A stretch of 41,461 nucleotides of DNA from Malassezia furfur. Its lineage: Eukaryota. The notes beneath the pieces are model-generated. The model saw only the letters and a list, made by a program, of their open reading frames with translations. It was not told where the DNA came from and ran no database searches. The position numbers and the translations under genes were made by a program. The stretch lies in NCBI GenBank assembly GCA_052055015.1, contig JBQJIT010000048.1; one strand, given 5' to 3'. Below, in pieces: positions 21,244 to 31,186 of this stretch (positions are counted from its first letter, which is position 1; each line of letters opens with the position of its first letter).

Positions 21244-21852
21244 ATGACTATGCTTACTTCGATTGCAAGCTTTGCCGTTCGCGGCCGTATGATGCGTGCG
21301 ACGGGAGCTGCCATGGTGGCTGCTCCTCGTCAGGTTCGCATGTACCACGAGAAAGTTCTTGACCATTACAACAACCCTCGTAATGTACGTGCGCACTAAG
21401 ATCGATGGATACTAACATTGCAGGTCGGATCTTTCCTGAAGACTGACAAGGACGTCGGTGTTGGTCTTGTCGGTGCCCCGGCTTGTGGTGATGTGATGAA
21501 ACTCTCCATCAAGGTGAACGACAAGGGCATCATTGAGGACGTCCGTTTCAAGACGTTCGGCTGTGGCTCTGCCATTGCCAGCTCTAGTTATATGACGGAG
21601 CGCGTAAAGGGCCTTACCCTCGAGGAGGCCGGTGCGATTAAGAACACCGAAGTTGCCAAGGAGCTCTCGCTTCCTCCCGTCAAGCTTCACTGCTCGATGC
21701 TTGCCGAGGATGCGATCAAGAGTGCGATTCGCGACTACAAGAAGAAGCGCGACGAGACCGGCAACACGAAGCAGGGCCACATCGATGTGACCCAGGATGT
21801 TGCGTCGGGCCAGACCACCGCTACTGCGCACGTTGGCTCTGGTACCGTGTAA
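21244..21852 (+). CDS. ISU1: Mitochondrial Fe-S cluster scaffold IscU, 2 exons
   Basis: Arg-rich presequence, YHEKVLDHYNNPRNVGS, GAPACGDVM, FGCGSA, LPPVKLHCS. Intron 21385-21423. Confidence 0.96.
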
Positions 21853-21923
21853 TGTTTTGACATGCGACGATCTCGTGATTTCCATTATGGAGAATCTCCT
21901 CCCCCCTTATACAGTAATGTAAT

Positions 21924-22650
21924 CTATGTGCTTGCTTCGGTCTGCAATTGCTTCTTCGGATTGCTCGCGGTAACTTGAGCTTGGCCGTGTCGAACCGCCT
22001 CCTGCGACGTGGTAGGCTCAGTGGTAGGTGCGGTCGGCATCGTGCGTATTGATTGTTGGTCAGTCGTAGCATCAGGCTGGGGCTGCGCCTCTGCAGCCAG
22101 CTCTGCCAATTCGCGTTCCACTTCTTCCTGTTCATCCGCGGATAACTGCGATGCAAGACGATCATCGATTTCCTGATGTGAGAGCAATGGCATACGCGTT
22201 GATAGTATTGGGCATCAGCAGTTTGGTCCATAAGAGCATCAACGCGCTCAATGCTGGTCTCCTTGTGGATTTCTTTCAAAACCTGGTTGCCTTGCTCCAG
22301 GCCGTGCATAACACTCTGTTCGAGCTGCGCGAACTCAATGGTAGAGACGAGCTCCAAAAGAGTAGTGAGCTGACTTTCGGTCCTCTCAATAAGTCCACGC
22401 TGGTACGCCCTTCTTTGCAAAGCTAGACGGGCTTGCGTCTTTCGGCCTGCCGCGATTGCATCCCGTGCAATTTCGTATTCCTTGTCAAGTACGACTTGAA
22501 GCTGCATGAGCCATTATGGACCAACCTTTGTCTGGTATTGACGTAGTCTGTCACGTTGTAGCTTAAGACTGTATTAGGGATGCACACGCACTCTAACACA
22601 GCACGGTCGTGCTTTGTGATCCGTGGACCCTTGGAACTCGAGGCACCCAT
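21924..22650 (-). CDS. VPS20: ESCRT-III subunit Vps20/CHMP6, 4 exons
   Basis: Myristoylation start MGASSS, ITKHDRAVLDLKLQRDRLRQYQ, STIEFAQ. Introns 22569-22591, 22502-22525, 22173-22195. Confidence 0.9.
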
Positions 22651-22724
22651 GCTCGATGAGAGCGGTAGGGCCTCCACATTACTAACAGGCACGTTTGCCC
22701 CGTGCTCTCTGCACAATTAGAACA

Positions 22725-24013
22725 CTAACCACGGCGTCCGCGCTTGCGCGGCGGTCTATCTTGTTCGTGGTGCGCCCCACTTCTTTTTGTGGCAGCCAGA
22801 TCTGTTCTTGACCCTCCTCCCAAAGCAGCATCCAGAGATTTGCGGTCTTTCTGTGCATCTTTGCGCACCTTGCGCTCCATAGCTTTCTTAAGGGCACCAG
22901 ATGCGCCCTCCTTACCATGCTGTTGGGCAAGGCGTTCGTATTTGTGGCGCAGAACCTGAGCAGTACGTTCGGCTGGTGTCAGAATACGCTGCACGTACCT
23001 TTCTTGGGGAAATACGGCCGCAGCCCCGCATCGACGCGGCGCTGGTTGTTTTTCTTGATTTCTGATTTGACACTGCGCTCCGTTTCGCGACGGAGACGCT
23101 CGTTGCGCTGGCTCTCTGCCCGGCGGAGGGCCAGCTCCACGTTTTGGCGCTCTTCTCGGATTTTCAACGCTTGCTCACTCTTCGCATGCGGACCGGCATG
23201 GTGTGCCTCCATCCGTTTCAGTTTGTCGTGTGTCGACTTGAGCGACTTGAGCTCTTTTTCGTACAATTCCGGCAGGAACTTATACGACTTGGAAAGGAGA
23301 TCGAGATTGACAGGACCTGCGGAGAGTGAGTCGAAGCGTGGGTCGCGGCCCTTGGATGGCTGCACAGGCTGGACCACTGTACGTGCGCGAGAAACTGGTC
23401 GCCGCGACGACATTACTGTCGGTGCACTCTTATGCTCGCGCGATTCAATGTGTTGCTCTTTCTTTGTCTCTGGTGTCTTTTTCGGACCCTGACCACCATC
23501 TGAGCGCAATCCGCGCAGCTGTTGCTTGGCTTCTTCTCGTCGAGCACGCAGTGCGTCGGGGTCCATTTTCTGCTTCTCCTTCGGATTCTGCATAGTGCGC
23601 TTGGCGTTCATGATCTCTCGGAAAGGAACTGCTTCGATTTCTGGGTAAGCGAATGGACCAAGAGCATACCTTGCCGGAGCGCCGCCTTGGGTTAGTCAGA
23701 GACGTACCTCTTCGTCGTCGGAGTCTGATTGTGACTCAGACTCTTCCGAAGTCTCTTCATCTTCATCATCCAGCTCATCCTCATCCACAAACTGTGCATA
23801 CGATGGGCCGTCCTCCTCTTCGTCAGATTCACCACCGTCCAAGCTGGCGTCTTCGGCTGCGTCTTCGTTCTGGTCGCTGCGACCGGACAGTGACTCATCA
23901 TTTTCAGGACTAGAATCTCCATCCTCATACGTCTCTCGTATATATTCTGACCTTTTTGGATCAGGTTGCCGCCCAGGTTGAACCTGGCTCAACTGGCGTT
24001 GGCCTGCGCGCAT
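22725..24013 (-). CDS. RRP36: rRNA biogenesis protein Rrp36, 4 exons
   Basis: KSAPTVMSSRRPVSRAR, RDPRFDSLS, YKFL, PYFPKK. Introns 23686-23707, 23641-23669, 22973-22998. Confidence 0.88.
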
Positions 24014-24095
24014 CGTGGTGCCAAGGACGAGCTCAAAAATTTGGTTTAGTCATACATGCGACTTGTGGCGTCGTGTGCGTTGAGCCATTGCGTGC

Positions 24096-24914
24096 ATGGC
24101 GGCCGTGTCGGCGACCGTGCCTGACCTGGCGGCGGTGCATTTTGAGGAACAAAACTGTGCCATCTGTCTAGAACGTGTGTCGGATCGATGTGTTCTACCA
24201 CAATGCTTTCATGCCTGTTTTTGTTTCCCATGCATTCTAGAATGGCTTCGGACACAGCAGACCAAGAAGACGTGTCCCCTGTGTGTCTCACCCGTGGGAC
24301 CCGTCATCCTGCATAATCTTGACCCGACAGTCCAAAACTTCACTGTCCATCGCTTAGACGACGACACGCAAAAACAGCTTGAGGAGCTGGCAGAAGAGCT
24401 CGAAGAGAGCGAAGAGGGTTCGATCCCACATCCTCGAGACCCATGCCCAGCGCCACGTCCAGGTCTTGAAACGCTAAGGCGTCGAGAAGAACAGCGGCAC
24501 AGAAGAAAGTTGAATGCGGCGCTTGAGAAGCGTCGGCGTGTTTATCGATACAGACGCTACGCCAAACATGTCGCCTCCAACCGCTATACCAAATACCGGC
24601 CTTACCCAGGCCCAGCCGGTTTCCAGCGCAATGCGACATATGCCCGTCTTCTTTCTGTCTTTTTGCAGCGGGAACTACAAGTGTGGCCTCATCTTGACAT
24701 TGCATTTCTCTCTTTTTACATTCCAGCGTTGTTGTCGCACGTTGACATACGTTCCGATACGGTGCTACAGCGGCTCACTGAATGGATTGGCAGTGCAGAG
24801 GATGCGCACCAGCTCATCCACGAAATGGAACTCTTCGTCCGCAGCGGACGCGGGGGCCTAGGCCTCGATCAGTACGACACGAACCCCTGGCTCCAGTACG
24901 ATGAATTTGTATAA
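24096..24914 (+). CDS. C3HC4 RING E3 ubiquitin ligase (Topors-like)
   Basis: CAICL..C.HACFCFPCILEW..CPLC, RRRVYRYRRY, FLQRELQVW, HEMELFVRS. Confidence 0.85.
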   Translation: MAAVSATVPDLAAVHFEEQNCAICLERVSDRCVLPQCFHACFCFPCILEWLRTQQTKKTCPLCVSPVGPVILHNLDPTVQNFTVHRLDDDTQKQLEELAEELEESEEGSIPHPRDPCPAPRPGLETLRRREEQRHRRKLNAALEKRRRVYRYRRYAKHVASNRYTKYRPYPGPAGFQRNATYARLLSVFLQRELQVWPHLDIAFLSFYIPALLSHVDIRSDTVLQRLTEWIGSAEDAHQLIHEMELFVRSGRGGLGLDQYDTNPWLQYDEFV

Positions 24915-24928
24915 TATATGTAAATAAA

Positions 24929-26146
24929 CTAAACGTCATCCATCTCCTCCGCATCCGGTTCGTCCTTGGCAGGTTCCGGCGGGTTTGTGCTCGGTCCAGC
25001 GGGCTGCGAGTGGCCTGGATCGCGCCGCGCCTCGCTAAACTCTTGTTTCAGGCTCCAGGAGCCTGCATAAGGCCCGTTGTGGTGCTGGTTCGCAATGGAA
25101 AGCAGCACCTCGCGGAGGTACGCATAGGGCTGCTGTGTCTCCTCCCGGAGGCGTTTGAGAGACCAGTGCTTGTACCGATCGAAGAGCGAAAATAGCAGAT
25201 CAAGTAGTTCGTTGCGCGGCATACGAGCAAACTTCTCTGGCGGCTGGTTCGACCGAGCCTGCGACGCTTGATACACAAGGTTGGCGGCGCGCGATTTGAC
25301 GTGGCCTTTGCCAACACCGGCCGCAAGCATGTTGTTCACACCTGCATCCGTCTCCTCCATCATCTTGACGGTGCGCTTGGGTGTAGTAGAGTTTTTGTGT
25401 CGGTTTCGCAGAATCTCGCGATACTCGGGCGTGATCAACGAGCGCGACCCAAGGGCCATGGGCTTCTTGGTGTCGGTTTTCTTGTCCTCCGCCACGTTGC
25501 GCTGCGGCTGAAGAGCTGTTTCGTTGGTGACCGTACCTGTCAGTGCGGTAACGCCTGTGTCAGTCGAACCTGCGTACGTTTCTTCTTGTTCGGGGTGCGC
25601 GCAGGTCCCGCCGCCCCCAAATTGCGCTTCCGGTAAAAGTCGGTCGCGCTCATTTCGTCAATGTCGTCGTCGTTGCCAGCATCGATGGAGTCATCATCAT
25701 CCAGTAGTTGTTCTTGGAATGCATAAAGGTTCTTCAAGTAGGTATCCTGCGTGCTCGACGTGAGCCGCATGTCGTACGCGCGCGGTATGTTGGCATACTG
25801 TGCCCGTTCCGAGGGATCGGTGACCGGAATGGCTGGCTCCGGAGCGTCTGGGAGCAGTAGCTCCATGCGCTGGTTTCCATTTTGATCAGGGCTGGGTTAG
25901 CCAACGAACATACTCGTATACACGCACGGTCCCGAGCCGCACGTCGTCTTGATGCACCTGACTCCAACCGTCAATGAGAAATTTGGGGACCTTGACCAAC
26001 CAGACCTGATGAGCGCCGCGCGCCGTATTCAAGTCTTGGTCGGGCTCGGGGGACAACTCCCGATCCGGACGAGCGTTGCGCAGTGCCGAGGTGCTTGGCT
26101 CGGGCACTGGCTCGGGCGTCGTGTCCTCCGCGTCCGAATGAGGCAT
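24929..26146 (-). CDS. TFG2: TFIIF beta subunit (RAP30), 3 exons
   Basis: VWLVKVPKFL, TALTGTV, winged helix RMPRNELLDLLFSLFDRYKHWSLKRLREETQQP. Introns 25892-25913, 25555-25577. Confidence 0.9.
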
Positions 26147-26167
26147 GACGGTGACCAACGCGCGCGC

Positions 26168-26174
26168 TGAGTCA
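26168..26174. promoter_or_regulatory. Gcn4/CpcA (AP-1) site TGAGTCA
   Basis: Lies in the 48-nt gap between the TFG2 and SER1 start codons. Confidence 0.55.
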
Positions 26175-26194
26175 GCACTGCTTCTCCGCTTGCT

Positions 26195-27418
26195 ATGACT
26201 AGGTCCACGGCAGCACGCGAACAGACAATCAACTTGGGTGCGGGCCCCTCGACACTGCCGACACCGGTACTGCTCGAGGCGGCGCAAGGCCTCCTGGACT
26301 ATGACGGCCTTGGCATGGGTCTCACCGAGCTGAGCCACCGTTCGCAGAACTTTCAGAAGTTGCTGCAGGAGGCCGAGAACGATCTTCGTAAACTGCTGGA
26401 TGTGCCGGAGGAGTATGCGGTGCTCTTTTTGCAGGGTGGTGGGACGGAGCAGTTTTCTGCGACCGTGCTCAACATGCTGGCTGCACATGCTGCCCGGAAT
26501 CCATCTTACCAAGGGACTCCACCGGTTGACTACGTCGTCACCGGTGCCTGGTCCAACAAGGCATGCAAGGAAGCACAGCGTCTAGCGCCGCGCGTGAATG
26601 TGGTTGCAGACCTGCGCGCCTCGATCACGGACAAGGATACACCGATTACGCCGCCAGAAGAATGGTCGCTGAGTCCTGTAGAGGAAGCGCCTGCCATGCT
26701 GCACTACTGTGACAACGAGACCATCGGCGGGTTCGAATTCCCTTCGGACTTCATCAAGCGCCTACCGAAGGCCTACCGCGACCGTGTTCCAATCGTGGCG
26801 GACTGCTCGTCCAATATTCTGAGTCGTCCGATTGATGTCCGTGCACACGGTGCCATCTATTTCGGTGTGCAAAAGAACATTGGCCCGAGCGGCCTGGCGG
26901 TCGTGATTGTCCGGCGCGACCTGGTCGTGGATCCGGATGCAGTACGCGCAAGCTACACCCCCGTGATCCCGACTTCGCTGGTGTACAAGAATGCGATGGA
27001 CAATGGGTCGCTCTACAACACGCCCCCGATGTTCCCCATCTACATTTCGGCGCTGGTCTTCCGCGACCTGCTCAAGGAAGGCGGTGTGGATGGCGCACAG
27101 CAGCGTGCGGCGAAGCGCAGCAAGCTTGTGTATGACGCACTGCTGGCAGAGCCCAAGCTGTTCCGTTTGGTGGTTCAGCACGAAGAGTTCCGCAGCCAAA
27201 TGAACGTCACGTTCCGCATCTTGGATCCTGCCTCGCAAGAGCCATCCCCAGACCTGGAGGCCAAGTTCGCCAAGTTCTGCGGCGAGCAACACATTCTCAA
27301 CGTGAAGGGCCATCGTTCAGTCGGAGGGTTGCGTGTGTCTCTTTACAACGCCATCACTGTCGCTCAGGCAGAAACTTTTGTGCACGTTGTTGCCCAATTT
27401 GCAAAACAGAACCAGTAG
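26195..27418 (+). CDS. SER1: Phosphoserine aminotransferase
   Basis: NLGAGP, ELSHRS, LQGGG, NETI.G, ADCSSNILSR, GVQKNIGPSG (PLP lysine), SLYNTPP, KGHRSVGGLRVSLYNA. Confidence 0.96.
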   Translation: MTRSTAAREQTINLGAGPSTLPTPVLLEAAQGLLDYDGLGMGLTELSHRSQNFQKLLQEAENDLRKLLDVPEEYAVLFLQGGGTEQFSATVLNMLAAHAARNPSYQGTPPVDYVVTGAWSNKACKEAQRLAPRVNVVADLRASITDKDTPITPPEEWSLSPVEEAPAMLHYCDNETIGGFEFPSDFIKRLPKAYRDRVPIVADCSSNILSRPIDVRAHGAIYFGVQKNIGPSGLAVVIVRRDLVVDPDAVRASYTPVIPTSLVYKNAMDNGSLYNTPPMFPIYISALVFRDLLKEGGVDGAQQRAAKRSKLVYDALLAEPKLFRLVVQHEEFRSQMNVTFRILDPASQEPSPDLEAKFAKFCGEQHILNVKGHRSVGGLRVSLYNAITVAQAETFVHVVAQFAKQNQ

Positions 27419-30400
27419 CTATGACTCAGTTTCTTCGTCTGATGATGGCATCGCAAAGTCCTCCGCAGAAGCGTTTGAAGAAGGCATGTACGCAAACTTA
27501 GCGAGTGTGGCCTGTTTGCCAGAAGCTCGTTTGTCGCTTCCATTGCCCTCCGTTTCAGGGGCTTTACGCTTTTGCGGCGCATAGTTACGATCGTAGCCCG
27601 TAGGATTCTTCTGCAACTGGCGCTCCCTGGCCACAGACTGGGTTCGTGCAAACGGGTTAGAGCGCGTGGGTGGTGCTGGCGTGGGGAGCGTATCGTTCGT
27701 GGAAGAAGGTGTTTGGGTGGTCATGGCGCTGCTCGAGGGAGCGGTTTGAGAAGAGTCCATAGCCTGCTTTTGCGCAATCCCTTCTTGTGCGAGTGCCGAA
27801 CGTCCATGTGTCTCGCTGGGACGCCGGGGCAAGAAACTTTCTTGAAGCCGCTGAGATGACGGTGTGGGTGCCGTTGTGCCAGTCGCTTGCTCGGCGACTG
27901 GCACAGGGAGCCGCGCCGTGTTACGCAGCAGTGCATCCACGCCGCAAGCGCGGTCCGTAGTTTCCTCCTCGAGTTCCTTGCGTACCGCCAACGGTGCACG
28001 GACCAACTCCAGGCGGTCTGCTAAGCTGGGCAAATGGAAGAAGGACGCAATTTTGAGCGCGGCATCCAGTGTCGCCTCCGAATGCAGCGCGCGTGTTCCG
28101 TCCAGAGCTCGAGCATAACGGTCAGCCTTGCAAGCAAGCTGAACGAGTTGCAGCAGAGCTTTGTCAGCCTCAATCTCGAGTGCGCTCGGATCGCTCTGCT
28201 CCACTGGCAAACGGGATGCACGTAGGGTCTCGTCGCCAGTCGCGGCGCGAGCATCACGCGTGGCATTTGCGAGCAAAGACGAGCGCAAGGCTGCTTCTTC
28301 CAAGGGTGTGGCTGCATTTTCCCGCTGGGTAACGCACATCGCCATAGCCAATTCCTGAACGACCGGCCGTGCGGTGGTCACTTGCGGATATGTTCTCGTC
28401 ATAGGGAGCAACAGACCCAGTAGGTGCGTTGCTGTGACACTGATGGGCCAGCAACGCACCCGTGGAACTCGCGACTCGCTCTCTTCTGCGGCACTAGCCC
28501 TTGCGGGGAGCAAGGCATGGGTAGTATCCAGTGCGGGGACCCAACGAGCTTGGCCAGGACGCCAAGCACGGTCTAGTACGTATAATGTACCCATCGAGTC
28601 AAACACTGCGGGTGCACCCAGTTCGTTGAAGCCAGCCCAAGTCAAAGTCGCTTCAGGGACCAACGGGAGGGGACCATGCTGAAGCGTCGCAAGTTGCGTG
28701 AGGTCGATCAGCATGTACTCAAGATGGACATGGTTGGGGGACACATTGGCAGCACGGTAGACCACAAGCACGGCAGTTGCACTGGCTGCCAGCGTTACGA
28801 CTGGAAGACCCAGCGACCAGACGTATCGCTGCATCCCACTCATTCCCAGGAACCGCAGGTAACCCTGCGATGTGGCCACGACTGCCGTTGCAGCAGAGGT
28901 CTTGCCTTCGTCGACCATGGTTGTCGAGCCAACGTGCACATCGGCATATGAGCCTGCATTGACAACGCCGCCTAGTGCGATGGCAACAGCATTTTCGTTC
29001 GGTGCCAGATTGATGGACCATTCCGTCTGGATACCCGGAACGTCGTCAAACGGGCGATAAAAGATGGTACTGGGGTTCTCCGACTCCGCCTCGCACGCAA
29101 ACAGAATGCCCTGGGGAGCCACACTGGCCATCTTGTACCCATAGTGGTCCGTGAAACGGAAATTGCGCCGCTGCGAGGTATCGTAAGACTCAAATGATAT
29201 CGTCTGGTGCGTGTCCTGATCGACCGCCGTCAGGGTGCCAAAAGTAGTGACACTCAGATATCGTCGCTGGGCCTCCATCGGAGTCGACCCGGGCTGGAAA
29301 CTGGGCTGCGTAAGCACATTAACATCTGCGCGGGGCGCAGGGCGTCTCCGCGCGACCGGCTTGTGGGTTGCGGGCTCATCGATAGGCGTGTCGTCAAACA
29401 GATCATCGAGGTCCTCCTCCAGTTCTTCCGCAGGGACATCCGGCTCGGCTTGGGCATGAGCAAATTGGAGCTGTTCAAATGGACTCGGAAGCGTCGTTCC
29501 GATTACCGATTCCCAGCGAACCAATTGACCTTGGGCATCAGTCCACGCGAGCGTGTCTTGAGTTGGATGCCAACTGAGTCCTGTGACGAGTGCTTCCGCC
29601 TGCTGCACCCGGAGCACGCGGCGAGAATCGAGTGCCCATACAGTTACTTGCATGTCCTCCGTGGCTGCAGCAAGATAGCGCCCATTTGGACAAAAGGCGA
29701 GGGCCGAAACGAGACCGCTTGGTACCTTCTGTTCCGCGGATGTCGTACCGCTGGCGCTCCCGAATATTACAACGGTTTCCCATACATGCTCCCCATTCAT
29801 CTCGGCAGCTGAAATAGGAGCACGCACCAGGGCAATCTCTTGCGTACGGAGAGGCATGGCAAAAATTGCGCCGGATGGATGCCATACGACCGAGGAAGAA
29901 AATTCGCTCTCGGGCCGCAGCGCCGGCAGCATATTCTGTAGGACTTTGACGCACCGAGGCTCCGTCTCTGACATATCCCAGGCGCGCACATCTCCATCCG
30001 ATCCAGCAGTGAAAAGGAGGGGCAAAGCCGGACTCCAACTGGCAGCACGGACCCCCCGGGAATGGCCCGTAAGCAACACGATGCTGCGTGGGTCTGCTGC
30101 ATTGACGACACGAACAATAAGTTCGTCTGAGCACACGGCAGTACGTGGGAGCGCACCATGACGACTGGCGCTTTCGATCGCAACACAGCGTACAGGGAGC
30201 ACCTCGCGCCGAATGATTTGGATTAGTTCGGCAGAGCCTTGTTTGTATAGTCGCACCGCCCCATCTTCGGAGGCCGTCACCAGATACTCTGCATCGGCAT
30301 CAATCCATGTCATTGGACGCGTTGCATCCTCGATCACAATAGGATTCACATCAGAGGCAGTGGCTTCAGCGGGAAGAATGCGGACGAGATGGTCCTCGCC

Positions 30401-30538
30401 GGCGGTGACAAGACGTCTATGCGTTAGGTAAAAGAGTGCGTACTCGACTGGTGCCCCTTGAGGCAGATACAGAACTCGCGTTGACCCAGCCGTATGTGTC
30501 ACTTGCACGCGTAGATCATCGCTATCCAGCGAAGCCAT
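27419..30538 (-). CDS. CTF4: Replisome hub Ctf4/Mcl1/AND-1
   Basis: N-terminal WD40, SepB domain (QPSFQPGSTP..RRYL, DKALLQLVQLACKADR..RAL, NPFAR). Probable in-frame intron 30417-30443. Confidence 0.9.
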   Translation of the reverse strand: MASLDSDDLRVQVTHTAGSTRVLYLPQGAPVEYALFYLTHRRLVTAGEDHLVRILPAEATASDVNPIVIEDATRPMTWIDADAEYLVTASEDGAVRLYKQGSAELIQIIRREVLPVRCVAIESASRHGALPRTAVCSDELIVRVVNAADPRSIVLLTGHSRGVRAASWSPALPLLFTAGSDGDVRAWDMSETEPRCVKVLQNMLPALRPESEFSSSVVWHPSGAIFAMPLRTQEIALVRAPISAAEMNGEHVWETVVIFGSASGTTSAEQKVPSGLVSALAFCPNGRYLAAATEDMQVTVWALDSRRVLRVQQAEALVTGLSWHPTQDTLAWTDAQGQLVRWESVIGTTLPSPFEQLQFAHAQAEPDVPAEELEEDLDDLFDDTPIDEPATHKPVARRRPAPRADVNVLTQPSFQPGSTPMEAQRRYLSVTTFGTLTAVDQDTHQTISFESYDTSQRRNFRFTDHYGYKMASVAPQGILFACEAESENPSTIFYRPFDDVPGIQTEWSINLAPNENAVAIALGGVVNAGSYADVHVGSTTMVDEGKTSAATAVVATSQGYLRFLGMSGMQRYVWSLGLPVVTLAASATAVLVVYRAANVSPNHVHLEYMLIDLTQLATLQHGPLPLVPEATLTWAGFNELGAPAVFDSMGTLYVLDRAWRPGQARWVPALDTTHALLPARASAAEESESRVPRVRCWPISVTATHLLGLLLPMTRTYPQVTTARPVVQELAMAMCVTQRENAATPLEEAALRSSLLANATRDARAATGDETLRASRLPVEQSDPSALEIEADKALLQLVQLACKADRYARALDGTRALHSEATLDAALKIASFFHLPSLADRLELVRAPLAVRKELEEETTDRACGVDALLRNTARLPVPVAEQATGTTAPTPSSQRLQESFLPRRPSETHGRSALAQEGIAQKQAMDSSQTAPSSSAMTTQTPSSTNDTLPTPAPPTRSNPFARTQSVARERQLQKNPTGYDRNYAPQKRKAPETEGNGSDKRASGKQATLAKFAYMPSSNASAEDFAMPSSDEETES

Positions 30539-30579
30539 CGCCGTCCACTAAACGAAGCGCGTGGTACAAAAGAAGAACG

Positions 30580-30613
30580 CGCGCGACGCGTGGAGCACTC
30601 AACGCGTCGCGCG
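30580..30613. promoter_or_regulatory. Paired MCB elements (ACGCGT) forming a 12-bp inverted repeat
   Basis: CGCGCGACGCGT-N10-ACGCGTCGCGCG, 42-75 nt upstream of the CTF4 ATG. Confidence 0.65.
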
Positions 30614-30666
30614 ACTTAATCATAGGATTATAGAAGCTACCAGGTAACGACCAAGCTAAGAACATA

Positions 30667-30767
30667 TCCCGGCTAGCTCAGTCGGTAGAGCGTCAGACTC
30701 TTAAAAGAGTCTCTTCGGTTACGAAGAGTTAATCTGAATGTCGTGGGTTCGAGCCCCACGTTGGGAG
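30667..30767 (+). tRNA. tRNA-Lys(CTT) with 28-nt intron (30704-30731)
   Basis: Acceptor stem TCCCGGC/GTTGGGA, A box TAGCTCAGTCGG, anticodon stem TCAGA/TCTGA with CTT, B box GGTTCGAGCCC. Mature length 73 nt. Confidence 0.95.
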
Positions 30768-30776
30768 TTTTTTTTT
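30768..30776 (+). terminator. Pol III oligo-T terminator
   Basis: Run of nine T immediately after the tRNA. Confidence 0.85.
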
Positions 30777-31186
30777 CAAAAGATTCCATGCGATTGGAAT
30801 AGAAACACCTCCTTCGCTCCTGACTTCCCCTTGCTCACAATGCTGTAAGAATTTTTGCGAAAAAAAAGCCTAGTAATTCATATGAAGGAAAAAGTAACAC
30901 GAACAAGAATCCTACGAACGACACAGGTCGAAAAGAAAAAGGTTTATGTCCAGGATCAGACTCACGCGCAGAGTAGAAAAGGTAGAAAAGGTCCCTCTAC
31001 CAAAGAGACAACTCAGTTGTCACTTTGTGCATGGGAGCAACATGGGCTCCTGCTCGAAACGCTGATAGTAGAAAGATCGAATGTTTCGCAAATCAGTTGT
31101 ACCCGTCTTATTCTTCTTCGGCAACGGAATGCAGACCTTGGGCTTCTCGCCAGGAGCAAGCGCAAAAAGGTCATTGCGCTGCTTCT

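Noticed and set aside
920..26146. Apparent frameshifts or pseudogenes in TBC, VPS20, RRP36, TFG2, ENP2 and uL11m
   Set aside because: Every break coincides with a GT-branch-AG micro-intron that restores conserved motifs.
27416..27424. SER1 stop context TAG CTA TGA as a readthrough or cryptic peroxisomal signal
   Set aside because: The known efficient motif is TGA CTA. Here CTA is explained as the CTF4 stop on the other strand, and the extension would not give a canonical PTS1.
30777..31186. Small ORFs and A-rich sequence downstream of the tRNA
   Set aside because: No credible protein. Consistent with a U-rich GH128 3'UTR on the minus strand. No LTR or terminal-repeat signature.
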